From Azolla caroliniana (taxonomy: Eukaryota; Plantae; Polypodiophyta), in NCBI GenBank assembly GCA_043228905.1, contig JBHGNT010000022.1, positions 12,400,001 through 12,464,000 of the forward strand: DNA of 64,000 nucleotides. Reading direction: 5' to 3'. Positions 1-13,456 of this stretch are shown in pieces. The translations under genes and the position numbers were made by a program. The notes beneath the pieces are model-generated. The model was not told the DNA's origin, did no database searches, and saw only the letters and a list, made by a program, of their open reading frames with translations. Numbering within the stretch: the first letter of the stretch is position 1; the number at the start of each line of letters is the position of its first letter.

Positions 1-1194
1 AAAGACGGTGTAGTTCTTTCTCCCAATCATAATCTTTCCTAAGAAGAGAATCAACCTATCATGACCAATAATATACCAACAATAAAATTGGTAAGCAGGC
101 TTCTAAATACATCAATATGCCAAAACGTATTTATCTTAAACAAAACATCATAAAGTAGGCCTGAACCTTTTTGGTTACATCCAAATAAGCTTCATCAACA
201 CTTGCTCGCTCACAAATATCAGCATATTGATGGAAAATATCAAAAACACACTTGGATGCCTGTAAATGCAGTAACAAACTAGTTCATTTTAATACTCCTT
301 CTGAGTCATTGTCAAACAAATGCATAATAATTATATGCATTCTATAAATAAAACAAACAAGGGGATATTTTATAAAGATACATACTTGTCGATATCTTTC
401 CAGTGACACTTTCGTTGTGTTCCTCCTTGCTGCCACACCAAGACTCTGTTCATCTCCAATAGTCTCGACATGAACAAGGTGCAGACTCGGACACTGGAAA
501 TACAACAAGGTTTTGATAAGATGGGGAAGAAAGACAAAAGTGTGCATATAATAATTGGATATTCCATTGAGCTTCATCCATCTTGTGTGCTATTACCTAC
601 TAAAAATACAAAAAATTATGGTGCATTTCATAACATGAGCATTATTTTTATATCTGGGGACCTAACACATCACAATGGAGAGAAGAAATCTCACAATATC
701 ATACCAGCTGCAAAGCCGAAGAAAATAGTAGTCTGGTTACAAACAACATGAAAGAATGTGAGCTGCCTCTGTATTTGTCCTAAATGAGCAGGGAAACCAT
801 TGCCAATGACACTAAAATTCTCTTTGCTCATCTGTCCAACCACAGAATCAAACTTCTGGAAGATTCAAGTAGTGTAACTAGGAACTTAGTTTTTTTTCTT
901 TCAGCTTTTAATTTTTCTTTTGGTTCTAAGCTACACAGCTGAAGGAAGTGCTTCATAGAGAGTGTTTTTCCCATGGATAATGTCACCCCCCTTGGATATT
1001 AATATATCATCACCATCAACTCTCAAGCAGTTGGAATGGTAGTTCATGCAGTAGAATCATATGTCATGAAAATGAGATAACCCAAGTTCAATCCCTGACA
1101 TAGATCATATCCATTCTTTTATGAACATTTAAAAAACTATCTATTTTTCTCACTCCCATAGGTTATAATTCACCTCTGAAAAAGAGAATATGAT

Positions 1195-1242
<48 letters not shown>

Positions 1243-1992
1243 TTATCTATCTCCCAACTTAGTCAAAACATCCAAGATAGTTGCAACATTGAAGAAACTT
1301 TGGCAAATTAACAAAAGTAAGATCAATGTCGAGGTATACCTTGTGCAAAGCTTCAGATACTCGGTCATGTCGGACAACACCGGAAGCACGCGCCGCATAG
1401 TTAACTGCAATGAGACCTTCCCACTGCTGCACAGCCAAAGGCTGATCCCAAGGTATATTTAGCCTCACCTGTTCCACCTGAAAAACCAAAGGGGGAGCAA
1501 ATATATAAAAAGGCAAAAAGCATGGAAATATCCCTCAGGTTTTTTATTATTTCGCCAAATGCACCCAAATTTTTAATAATGCCCCTATGTTCTCATTATT
1601 TCCACAAATGCACGCGGACCCGCTTAGCAACCCCAGGTTTGAAAAAATTGTATGTGCAATTAGAGCAATTATATGATGAATTCATCCCCTTTTCCCTCAA
1701 CTATATGTGCTACTTGGAGCAACTTTTTTTTATAAACCTCTGGTTTCCCTCTTTCAAAGCTTGACCAGAGGGCATTTCCGGTCAAGGGGGAGATAGGGCA
1801 AGCCTTAGCAGTTGGGGAATTAAAGGAAAACAAGGGTTTCCCCTGATTGTTTCTTTGCTTCTTTGCTTGTTCGTTTCATTTCTTGAGATGTGTGATGAAA
1901 AGAGAAAGCTCTGACGGATAGTGGAGTGAACTTACTGCTGCATAGAAGCAATCCATGTCGACGTGCAGAATGACAGGTGGGGGCTCCTCCAT
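1..1992 (-). CDS. POLH: Y-family translesion DNA polymerase eta (Rad30-like), 5' part; continues beyond the left edge. Exons 1992-1936, 1477-1340, 493-386, 259-167, 55-<1
   Basis: The exons join in phase through GT-AG introns to give MEEPPPVILHVDMDCFYAA|VEQVRLNIPWDQPLAVQQWEGLIAVNYAARASGVVRHDRVSEALHK|CPSLHLVHVETIG...KVSLERYRQ|ASKCVFDIFHQYADICERASVDEAYLDVTKK|VDSLL. This contains the Y-family motifs HVDMDCFYA, IAVNYxAR and the catalytic SVDEAYLD. The symbol denotes the Pol eta family; orthology to angiosperm POLH is not established. Confidence 0.88.
1027..1135 (+). mobile_element. tRNA-derived SINE-like repeat, copy 1 (in a Pol eta intron)
   Basis: Has a B-box-like CAAGTTCAATCCC and aligns by eye with minus-strand copies at about 10778-10910 and 28126-28255. 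A (TATC)n tract follows. Confidence 0.45.
1194..1251. repeat. (TATC)n microsatellite
   Basis: Directly visible; it produces the spurious YLSI-repeat ORF 1190..1462. Confidence 0.95.
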
Positions 1993-3675
1993 AGCCTAAC
2001 ACGCATCAATACACACACAAAAAAACAGAAACCAAACAATTGCATATGTACATACTTTGGGCGCCAAACTCCTTCCTTCTCCTCCTCACAAAATCTCAAG
2101 GCTGATGTGGCGCAAACTCATTCGACGGTAGAAGTCCGTATGTTCCACGACCCGCCCGAACCAAGTAGAAGTGTGGGATGGATGCCTTCTGATCGTCACG
2201 GAATGATGGGTCGAACCCATTGCCCATCGGATTCAGGATTATGATTCAGATTCAAAATTTGGATTCGAATTCAGATTCAGATCATGAATAGAGATTTGGA
2301 TTTGGACTTGGATTCGGATTCAAATTTCACAATATAGATTTGGATTTGGATACGGATTCAAATTTCACAATAGAAGTTTGTTCGTCGGTGAGTCATTCAC
2401 CCCTTTTCAATCTATGATAAGTTGCTATCTTAATAGATGGGGCTTTGATTGCTAAGAAAGAGGGATCAACCCCGGGTAGTAGATACTCGATCGTACACTC
2501 TCATCATGTGATGAGTAGCTACAATCGAGGGGGAAGTACACTCCAATTGACAAATGGATCGAATTCATGGAGCCTTGCACATGGACTGGTTTCTTTGTTG
2601 GGTGGCTACTTGGACAAATGATGCAATGCGCCCTTTTTTGTTACAAGGAATATATAAAAATAAATGGATGTGTCAACACTTTAATTAAACCTTGTCTTAT
2701 TTTATATTCCAATGGTACAAAAATAATCTTTCGTTGTTTTGGGATTATTATGGAGGCTTTAGTTTAACATTACAAGAGTTGGACAACCTAGTAAAAGTGA
2801 GTGAGTGAGTGAGTGAGTGTGAATGTGCTTCTTGCATCCAAAATATGCGACAAGGAAGGGGGTTGCCTGTCCTTTCCCGTTCTTTGAGCACGCCTCCGGC
2901 TTAGAGCAAAAGCCCAGAAAACAAACATAAAGCACTGAAAGAGCGTTGCTTAGTGGCTGGCTTTGGCCGCCTTTACAACCAAAATACATAATTGCTATGG
3001 GAGCTTGCACAATTACAGGAGGTATGTTTACTACAGATTCCTACAGCACTGTTCGCGGGGTGGATAAATTAATTCCTGTAAGATATTTGTTTGCCGGGTT
3101 GTCCAAACTATTATTGATGTTGTGACCAAACTTCGCAAAAAAGTGGCTTGCCACAAGCTCTTAATAATATGGCTGTGATCTGCCACTATGTGCAATTATC
3201 TATTGGGATCCTCTGGCTCATAGCTATTCAACCAACGAAAATGGCATCCCATAAACATACTTCTGATCCGAACGAGTGGTTGTGTGTGTGGCAGTTGAGC
3301 AAGAAGCAAAAGCAGAACGTTTCATAAGAAACAAACATACAACTTACATTTCATAAGAAACAAAGAAGGTTCAATTTTTAGAACCACACCCCACAGTTAT
3401 TATGAGTAACATCAGAGACATTCCAAATTCAACTCCGCATTTGACAAGGCGCTTCTAGAAGCATATAGAATGCATGAACTATTCAAGTCCAAACCACAAA
3501 CAATGATTAAAATTATAACATCTCAAATTGTAATCACCCATAAACTTACATTGATCAGTATATACATATCCTTTGGCTATTGGATCTTCTCATCCCAAGC
3601 TCTAGGACTAACATTATCATACAAAATCAGATCATCAAGGAACTTGACACAAACTAGTGGAGGTTCCCAGTTCCT

Positions 3676-6600
3676 TTATTCAGCGCGGACACTGCACCCT
3701 ACAGAGCTATGCCTTCTCCTTAGTCCCAATGATTGTTGACCCTCATCAAACTCCTCGATTCCATCTGCAGAACAACTTTGACCTTCAAATTCACGCTCCA
3801 TGTTTGCTTCGTCGATCAAAACTTCATCACCAACAACAGAGTCTGATCCATTCAGCATGCAAGACGTGTCAGAGATGTTTCCCTCCAGGTTCTCATCAGG
3901 TGTTGAGGAAGTGGCAGGTGCTGCACTCTTTTCTTCAATCTTTCTCTCACCAAAATTATGTAACCTCTTGCCGATAAGATATCTATCATCCCGAATGGCA
4001 TTGTGAAGCTCAGAAAGCCATTGTTGCAAACTTTTTATTCCATACCATACTATGCCAAGTAAGAGACAACCAGACCAAGCAAAGCGATAAACTGCTGAGT
4101 TCACAATAAGAGAATAGCCCAGCACAGGAAATACACCCCTTGCAAATACATAAGGAGCACATAGGGCTGTCAATAATGTCACAAGAATAGGTAAGACAAT
4201 CTCGCGCATGATCCAAACACCTCGAAGACGTGTGAACCCATCAGCCTTCACTCGTTCGAATTTAGTGCGCCAGCTATCATCAACTAATGGAGCAATTTGA
4301 CCAAACATTACCTGATCATAGGAGGAAATAAAAAGTATTTAGTAAGACCAAACTTCTCTTCATTGACTTTTGGTTAGCGTGGAGACAGTAATAGAAAGAA
4401 AGAAAGAAAGAAAGATATATTAACGTCTTTTAAGAGGCCAAAATGGCCTATAAGACCGAGAGAGAGAGAGAGAGAGAGAGGAGACTTACCAGCCTTGTCC
4501 AGATCTTCAGAAATACCAGCCCCAGAGCCCAATCTTGGTAAAGAAGGAAAACAGGACTCTCATCTACTGGAACACGCAGCGGAATTACAACTAACAGCTC
4601 GAACAGAAGACCAATCAACACAGGAATCACCACAATCTGCAGAATAGAAGACATTGAACAAGAATTACACAGTATACATTAGACAAAAATGGAAGATCTG
4701 AAAAGCTTAATAAATGTGATCATACCCATAAAGATAGAAGCATTGAGCTTTTTGTTATGATTCCAGTCCACTTCACGATTTGCATAAGTAGAATTTTAGC
4801 GTTGTGGGTTTTGAGATAATCAATAGCATACCCAATTGCCGCAATTGTTGCCCAGATGACATAGCAACCGATGTTGAACGCATATAAATCTACAAAGATA
4901 AGCTCAATCTCAACTATTATTCATATAAACACTTTCTTCAGACTAGCAGAATATTTAAACCAGTGCTTATACCATTGCATTTAACACCATATGATATTGG
5001 GATGCTGGATATGGAGGAAAATATTCCTCGACCAAGAGACACGGGCAACAGCATTACAGTTGAGTTGAAAAACAGCAGAGTAATCCATGCACCTATCAGA
5101 AGGAGTACTATTCGAAACACAAACATGTACCTAACACAACAAGTATAAACATGTGAATTATTTTGGTCTCATAGCTCAAGCCATTTCACATAAGAGCATA
5201 TAATATAAAACTTGAGCTATTTGCATTAGAACATAAAAGTTTGGCTATTTAGCATAGAGAGACACAAATATACCATTAAAGTACATTTTATTCTTGAAGA
5301 TAAACAGGTAATTAATAATAAAACAAATCCTCTGTATCCAATTTCAGAAATTACCGAATCATGTTTCTTACCCATTAAAGTAATTAGTTATCAACAAATT
5401 AACTGACAATTGGCAAGTCTAATTTATAATCAATTTAGCATTGTTTAACACCCATTGATGCACAATAACTACCATTCAGCACATAGTTAACAACAAAATT
5501 AACATAGTTAAATCAAAGTAGCTTTCTGGAAAAAGAATGGTGATTCAGTACCTATCCAAATTTGGATGGTAATTCCAGCATAAACAAAACTTACTCTTCA
5601 GATTCATTCTGTTGATCAACTTCCAACTCCACATTCTCAACAGCAACAGGAGGCTGCGCAACATCAAAACCATGCACAACTACCTCCCCTCCTCCCTGAT
5701 CATTTGCCTCCTCTGTTGCTGGAAGTAGAAACTCAGAAAGTCCTAAAGCCCAGCCCATCGAAGAGAACCAATATAAAAGAACAGTTTTTATTGTAGCTTT
5801 CGGTCTAAAATGTTCGATTGCAAAGGGAATGCAAATATGGAACAAGAGCATGTCAGCTGGTATTTCTGTAAACGGATCAGAAATTCTGCACAAAATGAAG
5901 CCTTATTATTAGATCACTGTAATCCTCTAAGCTTATCTATACGGAGCAAGAAGTATTAAGCCCCATTAGATCAACATAAACCATTGAGCTGATCTATAGA
6001 CCGCAACATATCAGATGTACCTGATATCAAGTGGAAATAATGACGGCGCGACCGATAAAGCTAGTTTTACTGGTAGAAATATTAGCATCACTATGAGACT
6101 GCCATAAACAACCACAGATAGAAGAACACGGCGAGCATGTTTATGAATCGGATCCTCGATTAAATCATGGAAAGGATTGTAATTAGGATCAGCAGGATCC
6201 CGCAGAAAGTACAGTACCCCTGGCCTGAGAACCTACAATCGCACATACAAAGTCAACACAAATGACTGATCACTAGATATATTTCCACACTTTCTGAAAA
6301 AAATGATTTAATTTCCATTAAATATTAACATCAAGCAACCCAAGATTTATACAGTACCTCTCGGAGTAAACTCACAAAGATACTAATGTGAAGCATATAC
6401 ACAATACCAACAAGCCAGTGCAAAAGAGAGCTTGTAAGAGGTGAAGCCCAGAAGAAAGCCATGCGATTACCCATTGTACCTCCAAACATGCTGAGCGTAC
6501 AAATATCTAGCCACCAACCACATAGGAGGGGAAACACTCCAAGTTCAACAAGCAAGAGAAAAGCAACTTTGATCATTGTCATCGTGTACTTTAGTGCTGA

Positions 6601-9600
6601 AAGAACCTGCCTTGCCACTGTTGGGGCAGCTTCAGCAATAGAGGCTACACCATGTAATCGACCAACTGTAAGTTGTTCTCCTCTCAAGTACTTGATCAAA
6701 GCTCGAAGAGCAAGGTGGAAACCAACTGCTACAATTATTACAGTGTAACCCGCTGCCACAGTTGTAACATCAGAAAACTTGAATGTTGTAGCATCTATAC
6801 CGGTTTCATCCACCTGCATTATAGATGGTCCTTGCATACTGGTATTGAATAGCATGTCTACAAAGGTGGGATTTCCCAACATTGAACTCTCAGGTGTATT
6901 TACCATGCCAGTTGTAGTGCTGGTATTTTTATTTACATCGAGGATTCCCAAGCTTAGAATATTATTTTCAGCAGATCCAAGAACCTCATTGAATGGTCCC
7001 ATAAGCATCAAGCGAGATGCCAGGGATAGGACTATACGCCCTAGAGTGAAAGGAAGGAAAGCCACCAGTCCAAGAAAAATTGCATTGCTTGCCAGTACCT
7101 GCAATAGTTGAACAAAACACAGGTGAAAAATCATAAAAATAAGCCATTAAGTTTATGTATATTAAGGCCTTCTCCAAACTTAAATACAAATAAATGCATT
7201 ACTTACTGTAATAGCATTCTCCAACAAGTGGAAAACGGGGCCTTGCATCCCAACGAGCTCATCAAAAGGAACATCTTCTGCACCATCCACATCATCTGCT
7301 CCATCAAACATTTGCTCAACATGTGCCTCTAAACGAGCAGCTTGCAGTTCGAGACGTGCTGCCACATTCTCAGCATTCCTTCTGATAAGTTGGCCTGCAC
7401 CTGCAGCTATACCTTGCCCTAAACCACCGCCTTCTCTGTTCCCACCACCACCTTCAACCCTATCACCTACCAACTGCCTCCTACCTCCTCTTGCCTGAAC
7501 ATCATCTTCCCTATCCACCTCAAGGCCACCTAACTCTCTTAAATGGCGGAAATATTCTCGCAGTGACGTAGCACCAAGAAAGATAAAAACAATACCAGCC
7601 GATAATAAAAATCCATGGAGACAATCAGTAAAAAATAAAGTGGGTGTCAGCCTCTGAATAAATAGTCGTTGCGCTTCTGATATACTTCGAATAAATGTCA
7701 AGCGCCAGATCCAGAAAGTTGTGAAAGGGATTAAAATCAGCCATATGGACATAACAAAGGTCAGCCGTAAGAAAAAATGCATTCCTCGACCTCCCTTAAT
7801 GGCCAGACCTAAAACGAATTCCCGGAATGACAATCTTATTGGTGCATTCTCGGCATACACAGGAGAAAATGAAAAGGGGTGCTTGCAAACCTGCATTGCC
7901 AATTCTCACATAGATTTAATACACATAGAAGTGCTAAATAACCAACTTATGCAATGTAATTGACAGATCATAGAGCTACTAAGGAGAAACATATTGCATT
8001 AGACACATTAGCTTTACAGAGTTATCAGCCTTCAAATACATAAGAAAGTATGTAATGTAATAAAATATATTATCAGTAGGTTTTTATAGACTTTTTTGAG
8101 TTGAAATCAAAACTGAGAGAAATAAGAATAAAAACATAAAAGAGAAGATCTCCCAACAGGTACTAAAGCAAAACATAACTATAATTCAAGAGAACGCAAA
8201 CAAAAGAAGAGCAACATCATCATCGCGTCTCTACGAAGCTAACACAACAATGAGGTTGGAAGTCCTGCCTGTCATGGATTCCACTCCCAGTCATAGCGGA
8301 ACCCACAACCAAACACAGAATGCGAATCACATAATTTTAGTGGTAAAAGCGTCCGCGTTTACAGTAGAAGCTCCTGGGGTGTGAGCTCGATGAAAAACAG
8401 AAAAAGAGATTTGAAAGATGTGTTCTGTTGGGACAGGACATCTGGTATAAAAATATGGAAGGTCTCTCTACCTGCATACGTTGAAGCTACACACCAATAT
8501 GTAAACCCTATATAACCAAGAGGCTAATCTCTTAACAGTGAATAATAGCTTGAGACTTGATCTTCAAAGAATGCTAAACAATAATGCAAAATACCTATGA
8601 CAATATTTTAAGATTCATAAAAAACAGTGCATTGTACTCCAGAGAATTCCAATAATATGGTCCACTATATTAAGAATATGGACAAGACCCATTATGTTGT
8701 GGCATATTAAGAATATGGAATGCTTAAGGTCAATTTCAAATCCAATGATAATATATGAAGAATATGGACGTGACACATTATGCTGTCACATATTAAGAAT
8801 ATGGAATGTTTGAGGTTAATTCATCTGTAATTAGTTCGCAAATTCCAAATTTATACTGTTGTGGTGAGGGCTGGTTATGGTTGGATCCACAGGCTACAAA
8901 TTCAATTCATTGAGGTTTTATCACTTTTGCAGCTCCATGGTCAAGAATATTTATTATTTACAAGCAAAGTTTCTACAGTGAAATACAAACACATGTCTTG
9001 AATTGAAATGGTTATGGAGGTTTTATATCAACCACTCTTGGCATTTGTGTTATTCATGAATACATAAACAAACCCCACATAATTTTTCCATAACACATAA
9101 GAAAACCTTAAGTTAACAGCATTATAATGGAGCAATTATGTTACTAATAAGAAAAGGATAAAGGGTTACAAGCATCATCATAGGTCTATACTAGCAAATT
9201 TTCCTCCTACACTGCAACAAACGATGCCAATTCAAAGTAGAATTTCCAAAACGTCCATGGCACATCGTTTATCAACACTACTTCATGCTAAACTTGAATG
9301 CCATATCTTTTCTAGAAGAAAACGATGCATCGATATATACCTTGCATGTCATTTCTCAACCCTTAAGTTATGATATTCTCATAGAGCAATTTACTCAGTA
9401 CACTACTTGAGAGGAAAAAGTCTACAACAGATCAATATCTCCCAATTTCCTCTCCTTTCAAAATTTTAAGAGAAATTGCCTCTCTTACTCTGTCGCTCTT
9501 ACTTTCATATATTAACCGGAACTACCACACGCTGCCTACAAATGTTTCCATTGAACATCCATAGAGCGTTTTTACAGTCCATGTAGACATAATAAAATAG

Positions 9601-10144
9601 CCGAGATGGATGTATTAGTGCGCACGTACACATCAGTAAAAAGCAAGGACAGAAAGAACTGACTTCACCATCTCCTTTCTTCTTTTTCACATAGAATTCG
9701 ACAGAAGTAACTCACCTCGCAGTGCCGAGCATTACTATGGTTGAGCCATTGAAGGAGGCAATCCTGGTGAACGTATTTGATGCTTCCACTGCAAGCACAT
9801 GGATGGTAGAGAGGCGATCCGTTCTCGCCAGATGTTCTACAGATGCGACAGACATCTTCCTCCTCCTCTTCTTCTTCTTCCTCATCCACATCTCCTTCTT
9901 CTTTCTCCGTTTTCATTTCTGGCTCTCCCTTGTTCGCTACTTTCTCCGCTTCTTCTTCTGCTGCTTCTGCTTCTGCTGCTTCTTCGACGCCATGCTTTGA
10001 TGATGCTTCTTTGTCGCCAAGGGTAGGCGTATGGACGGGGTTCTGAGAGGGAGGATCACTGTGTAGAGCTTCTTCGTCTGTGCTCTGAGGAACCCTAACC
10101 CTAGCCATGGCGACGCAACGATTTTCTCCATTTTCCATATTCAT
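3676..10144 (-). CDS. SUD1: SUD1/DOA10 (MARCH6-type) RING-CH membrane E3 ubiquitin ligase. 9 exons: 10144-9716, 7890-7207, 7098-6358, 6232-6021, 5885-5595, 5130-4973, 4889-4726, 4636-4490, 4311-3676
   Basis: Contains the RING-CH motif CRICR...LYHPCACSGSIKYVHQDCLLQWLNHSNARHCE|VCKHPFSFSPVYAENAP, the TD-domain motif ELGVFPLLCGWWLDIC, LRDPADPNYNPF and the C-terminal HNAIRDDRYLIGKRLHNF. All introns are GT-AG and in phase. The start codon is uncertain (10144, 10138 or 10108). Confidence 0.93.
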
Positions 10145-10704
10145 CCGACATATAAATATATCTGAATTATGACATATGGAAAGTGTTGGCACTTTTGTCC
10201 GCGTTCACACGGGGCCGCCCATAAGCCGCCCCCCCCAAGGCAAAACTACACACGGCAAGTCAATAAGTAAAGCCAATTGGATAAGACCTAAAAAAAACCC
10301 CACACAATACTCCCTAGGACACATAACTAAAATAAAACCCGATCGCACTTTGCTCTGTAGTTTTCTTGTGTTATATTAAGTCTCCTGAGAACCATAGAGT
10401 TTGGACCGCGTTTTCGTGTATTTAGTCCTTTTTTAGGGAGCAAAGATTTCGGTCCACCCAAGTCCGATTGCGAAAAAACTATGAGGTTGTGATCATTGTA
10501 GGGTAGCCGCTCACATCATGTTCGCCTCGATCTCCTCAACCTCATCGATCGGCAAAAAAAAAGAGATCGAAATATATTGTTTGTGGCAGCTCTAGTATAT
10601 TTGAGAGGTTATCTTTCCATTTCTTCCTCAGTGGGTAGGATATTCAACCCCTTCTTTTGTACAATAACCTTGCCTCGTTATATTGACAAATGCACCATGA
10701 TTCC

Positions 10705-10706
<2 letters not shown>

Positions 10707-10766
<60 letters not shown>
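10707..10766. repeat. (GT)n(GA)n compound microsatellite
   Basis: Directly visible; it abuts the 3' tail of a SINE-like copy. Confidence 0.95.
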
Positions 10767-10767
<1 letters not shown>

Positions 10768-10777
10768 AAATGGATAT

Positions 10778-10910
10778 CTTTTTAATGTCCACTAGAGATT
10801 GATCGTGATCTATATGAGACGAGAGCAAGCCCACGGTGAGGATCGGAATTGAGTTCTCCCAAATTGATGGCTTTGATGTTATGTTGTATAATCCATGAAG
10901 CCAACAATTG
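10778..10910 (-). mobile_element. tRNA-derived SINE-like repeat, copy 2
   Basis: The reverse complement reads GTTGGCTTCATGG...GAGAACTCAATTCCGATCCTCACCGTGGG...CATATAGATCACGATCAATCTCTAGTGGACATTAA, which is similar to the copy at 28126-28255. Confidence 0.45.
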
Positions 10911-13153
10911 AGAGAAAATGAAAATATACATACACACGTATATATAAGAGATTGAAATATCCCCATGGACCTAAGATATAGCATCTTAAAATGAAATAAA
11001 CAAAGAGTTTATATATGTGTGCATTGCATTGAATGCCTCATTCTATCTAAAAGTCTATTACATGCATCCTTTGTTCACCAATAAATCAATATTACGATAA
11101 CGTTTGAATTATACTAGCATCACATTCTTATGGTAAGTATTTTGAACCATTTGGTCTCATCGCTCTACTTCTTCTATTGACCAATCCAACTTGAAGATAT
11201 TCTTGAGTTAGCCTCTTGAGATGGGAAAGACCCTATTTACAAAACATTTTTTGGGAACCCCATTTGCTTGTTATTCTCAAAGTAAATTGTGATATAAAAT
11301 AACAATGTTCATTGCTTTAAACAGGCCTACCATTTTGTTTTAAGTGGCCATCACAATTGTGCAATGGTATGATAAAGTGCATGTTTTTTCGCCCTTGAAA
11401 GAGGATCCCTAGTATATTTACTATTGTTTGTTGCATTGCCTTTTGTAGAAAGGGAATTTTGAAAGTTATTCATTCTAGAAAAATTCTCATTATCACCAAT
11501 AGAAAATCTAAATTTGGATATATACGATGACAATTTCATCCGGTGAACTATTATGTCGGCAAGTATTATTATAGTAATTTGCCTTAAGAATTCTTTTTCG
11601 CCCTTGTCATGTCAAGTGTATATTTTTCTATAACTCCTCATGTGGTCCATTAACACGAGGCTAAGTATTATTATATCCCGATTATTTTAGTAGCCTAACC
11701 TTTAGGCAACGATATTGTTGCAAATCGCGTTTTTCCAACCCAAAAAGGGAATCACATTTATTGTTTCAACCATTCGATCGTACAGAGAGAACTTATGGAT
11801 GGCCTTTTGTAAGGAGAATTTTGTATTTTCACATTTGTGCATTACCTCCTAATTGGGCGCTCACTATTTGCATCATCCAACTAATATGTAAACAAGTATC
11901 ACGGTGATGTGTAATCCATTATTTCTATCATTCATCATTAAAATGCAATGCTATGGTTTTCTACATCTGGATTGTAGAAAAGAGGAATTGTAAAGTTATG
12001 CCACTATCTCTTGTTTGCTTTCAAGTTGAACATTATACATTATGTCATTGATCAACATTGACGTGCAAATGCAATTGTTTGCCCTGAGGCCATAGGCTAC
12101 AATTAGTCTGCATCCACCACGATGCCCACAAAATTGACCATAAGGTAAAGCTCGATGACTATTGTATGCAAAGGGATATATGTACACAACCAAGGACAAT
12201 ATATTGCCTCCTAAATTGCTTACATGGGACATACATCACATGTATGAATAATTGTCCTTTAATAACACATCCGGAGGTGCAAAAAAATGGATGTTGAAAT
12301 TGTAGTTGATTTTTTTAACCATGGTATCATTATGCAAACAATCATAATTGCAACTTAGTGTAGGACGCGATGAAGAAATATTTTGTGTTCAATTGGCTTG
12401 ACTAGTACACATATATGTTTTTTTAGTGCCATGTATAGAAAACATGGAAACGAAGTTCTGAATCATATATGTTGATCATCACATGCCTTGCCTATTCTTT
12501 GGCTCTTCTCCCAATGTTGGTGGCTTGGTAATTGTGTAACACCTTAAACAATGTCGTGTAGGCAAATATTGGCATTCAAACTTTTACGAACTAGGTTTCA
12601 TTGAAGCGTGTGGATATGATCATATTTGACGATCATCATTTGTTGTGTCTATTCTTACGATATTCGTTTTAGAGTGCATGATCACTGGAAAAGTATAACT
12701 AGTAGATGACCAATAAAGATGCCTATCATAAGTTGATCGTAGATAGACACTAGTTGGCGCCGAATGGGTCCCTTAACTGTTAGCGAGTTTTAAGTATTTG
12801 ATATTTACCCCATCATAAAGAGCAACACCAAATATGGTCCAATGATCCGAGTAACATAGTATCCCGCATGATTTTCCACCAAATTGGAAATTTAGAGGTA
12901 CTATGGTGAAAGTTGTGTAAGGCCGAAGCGAAAAAAAGAGAGAGGAAGAAACAGAACAAGACAAAATGAAGCAAAAGAAACATATGAATCTTTATTTTCA
13001 TTCATATACGAAGAACAAAATGCTAGAATTATGATGTGAAATGCTACTAGATTATAACGAATCTAATGGCATGAACAAGATGATTAAAAGCCAAATAAAA
13101 ATGTTCAGGCGGACGAACATGAATTGTCCGGGTGGACATAAAATGTTCGGGCA

Positions 13154-13456
13154 TAGATAGAGAAGAAAGAGTACTCTTAATTTTCAACCTGAAGAAGAAG
13201 AAAGAAAAAAGAAGCTTTAGGGTTTAGATAGAGAAGAAACAAAGTATTGTTTCTTTTCAGCCTGAAGAAGAAAAAAAGAAAAAAGAAGCTTTAGGGTTTA
13301 GATAGAGAAGAAACAGAGTACTGTTTCTTCTCAGCCTGAAGAAGAAAAAAAGAAAAAAGAAGCTTTAGGGTTTAGATAGAGAAGAAACAAAGTATTGTTT
13401 CTTCTTAGCCTGAAGAAGAAAAAAGAAAAAAGAAGCTTTAGGGTTTAGATAGAGAA
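13154..13456. repeat. ~74-bp tandem array, 4 units plus a partial unit
   Basis: Unit TAGATAGAGAAGAAACARAGTAYTGTTTCTTYTCAGCCTGAAGAAG(A)nG(A)nGAAGCTTTAGGGTT, with an internal palindrome and a TTTAGGGTTT telo-box motif. Confidence 0.92.

Noticed and set aside
1190-1462. 90-aa ORF starting MIYLSIYLSIYLS
   Set aside because: It is a translation of (TATC)n plus the antisense strand of a Pol eta exon.
2773-3112. Possible MITE with TTGGACAACC...GGTTGTCCAA inverted ends
   Set aside because: The inverted match is short and I could not find a convincing TSD.
8215-8480. GC-balanced segment in SUD1 intron 1 as a snoRNA or extra exon
   Set aside because: There is no paired C/D or H/ACA architecture, and exons 1 and 2 already join correctly within the RING domain.
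11000-12950. Possible decayed DNA-transposon coding sequence on the minus strand
   Set aside because: Only vague fragments (e.g. PFWVGK) are visible; no domain can be supported without a profile search.
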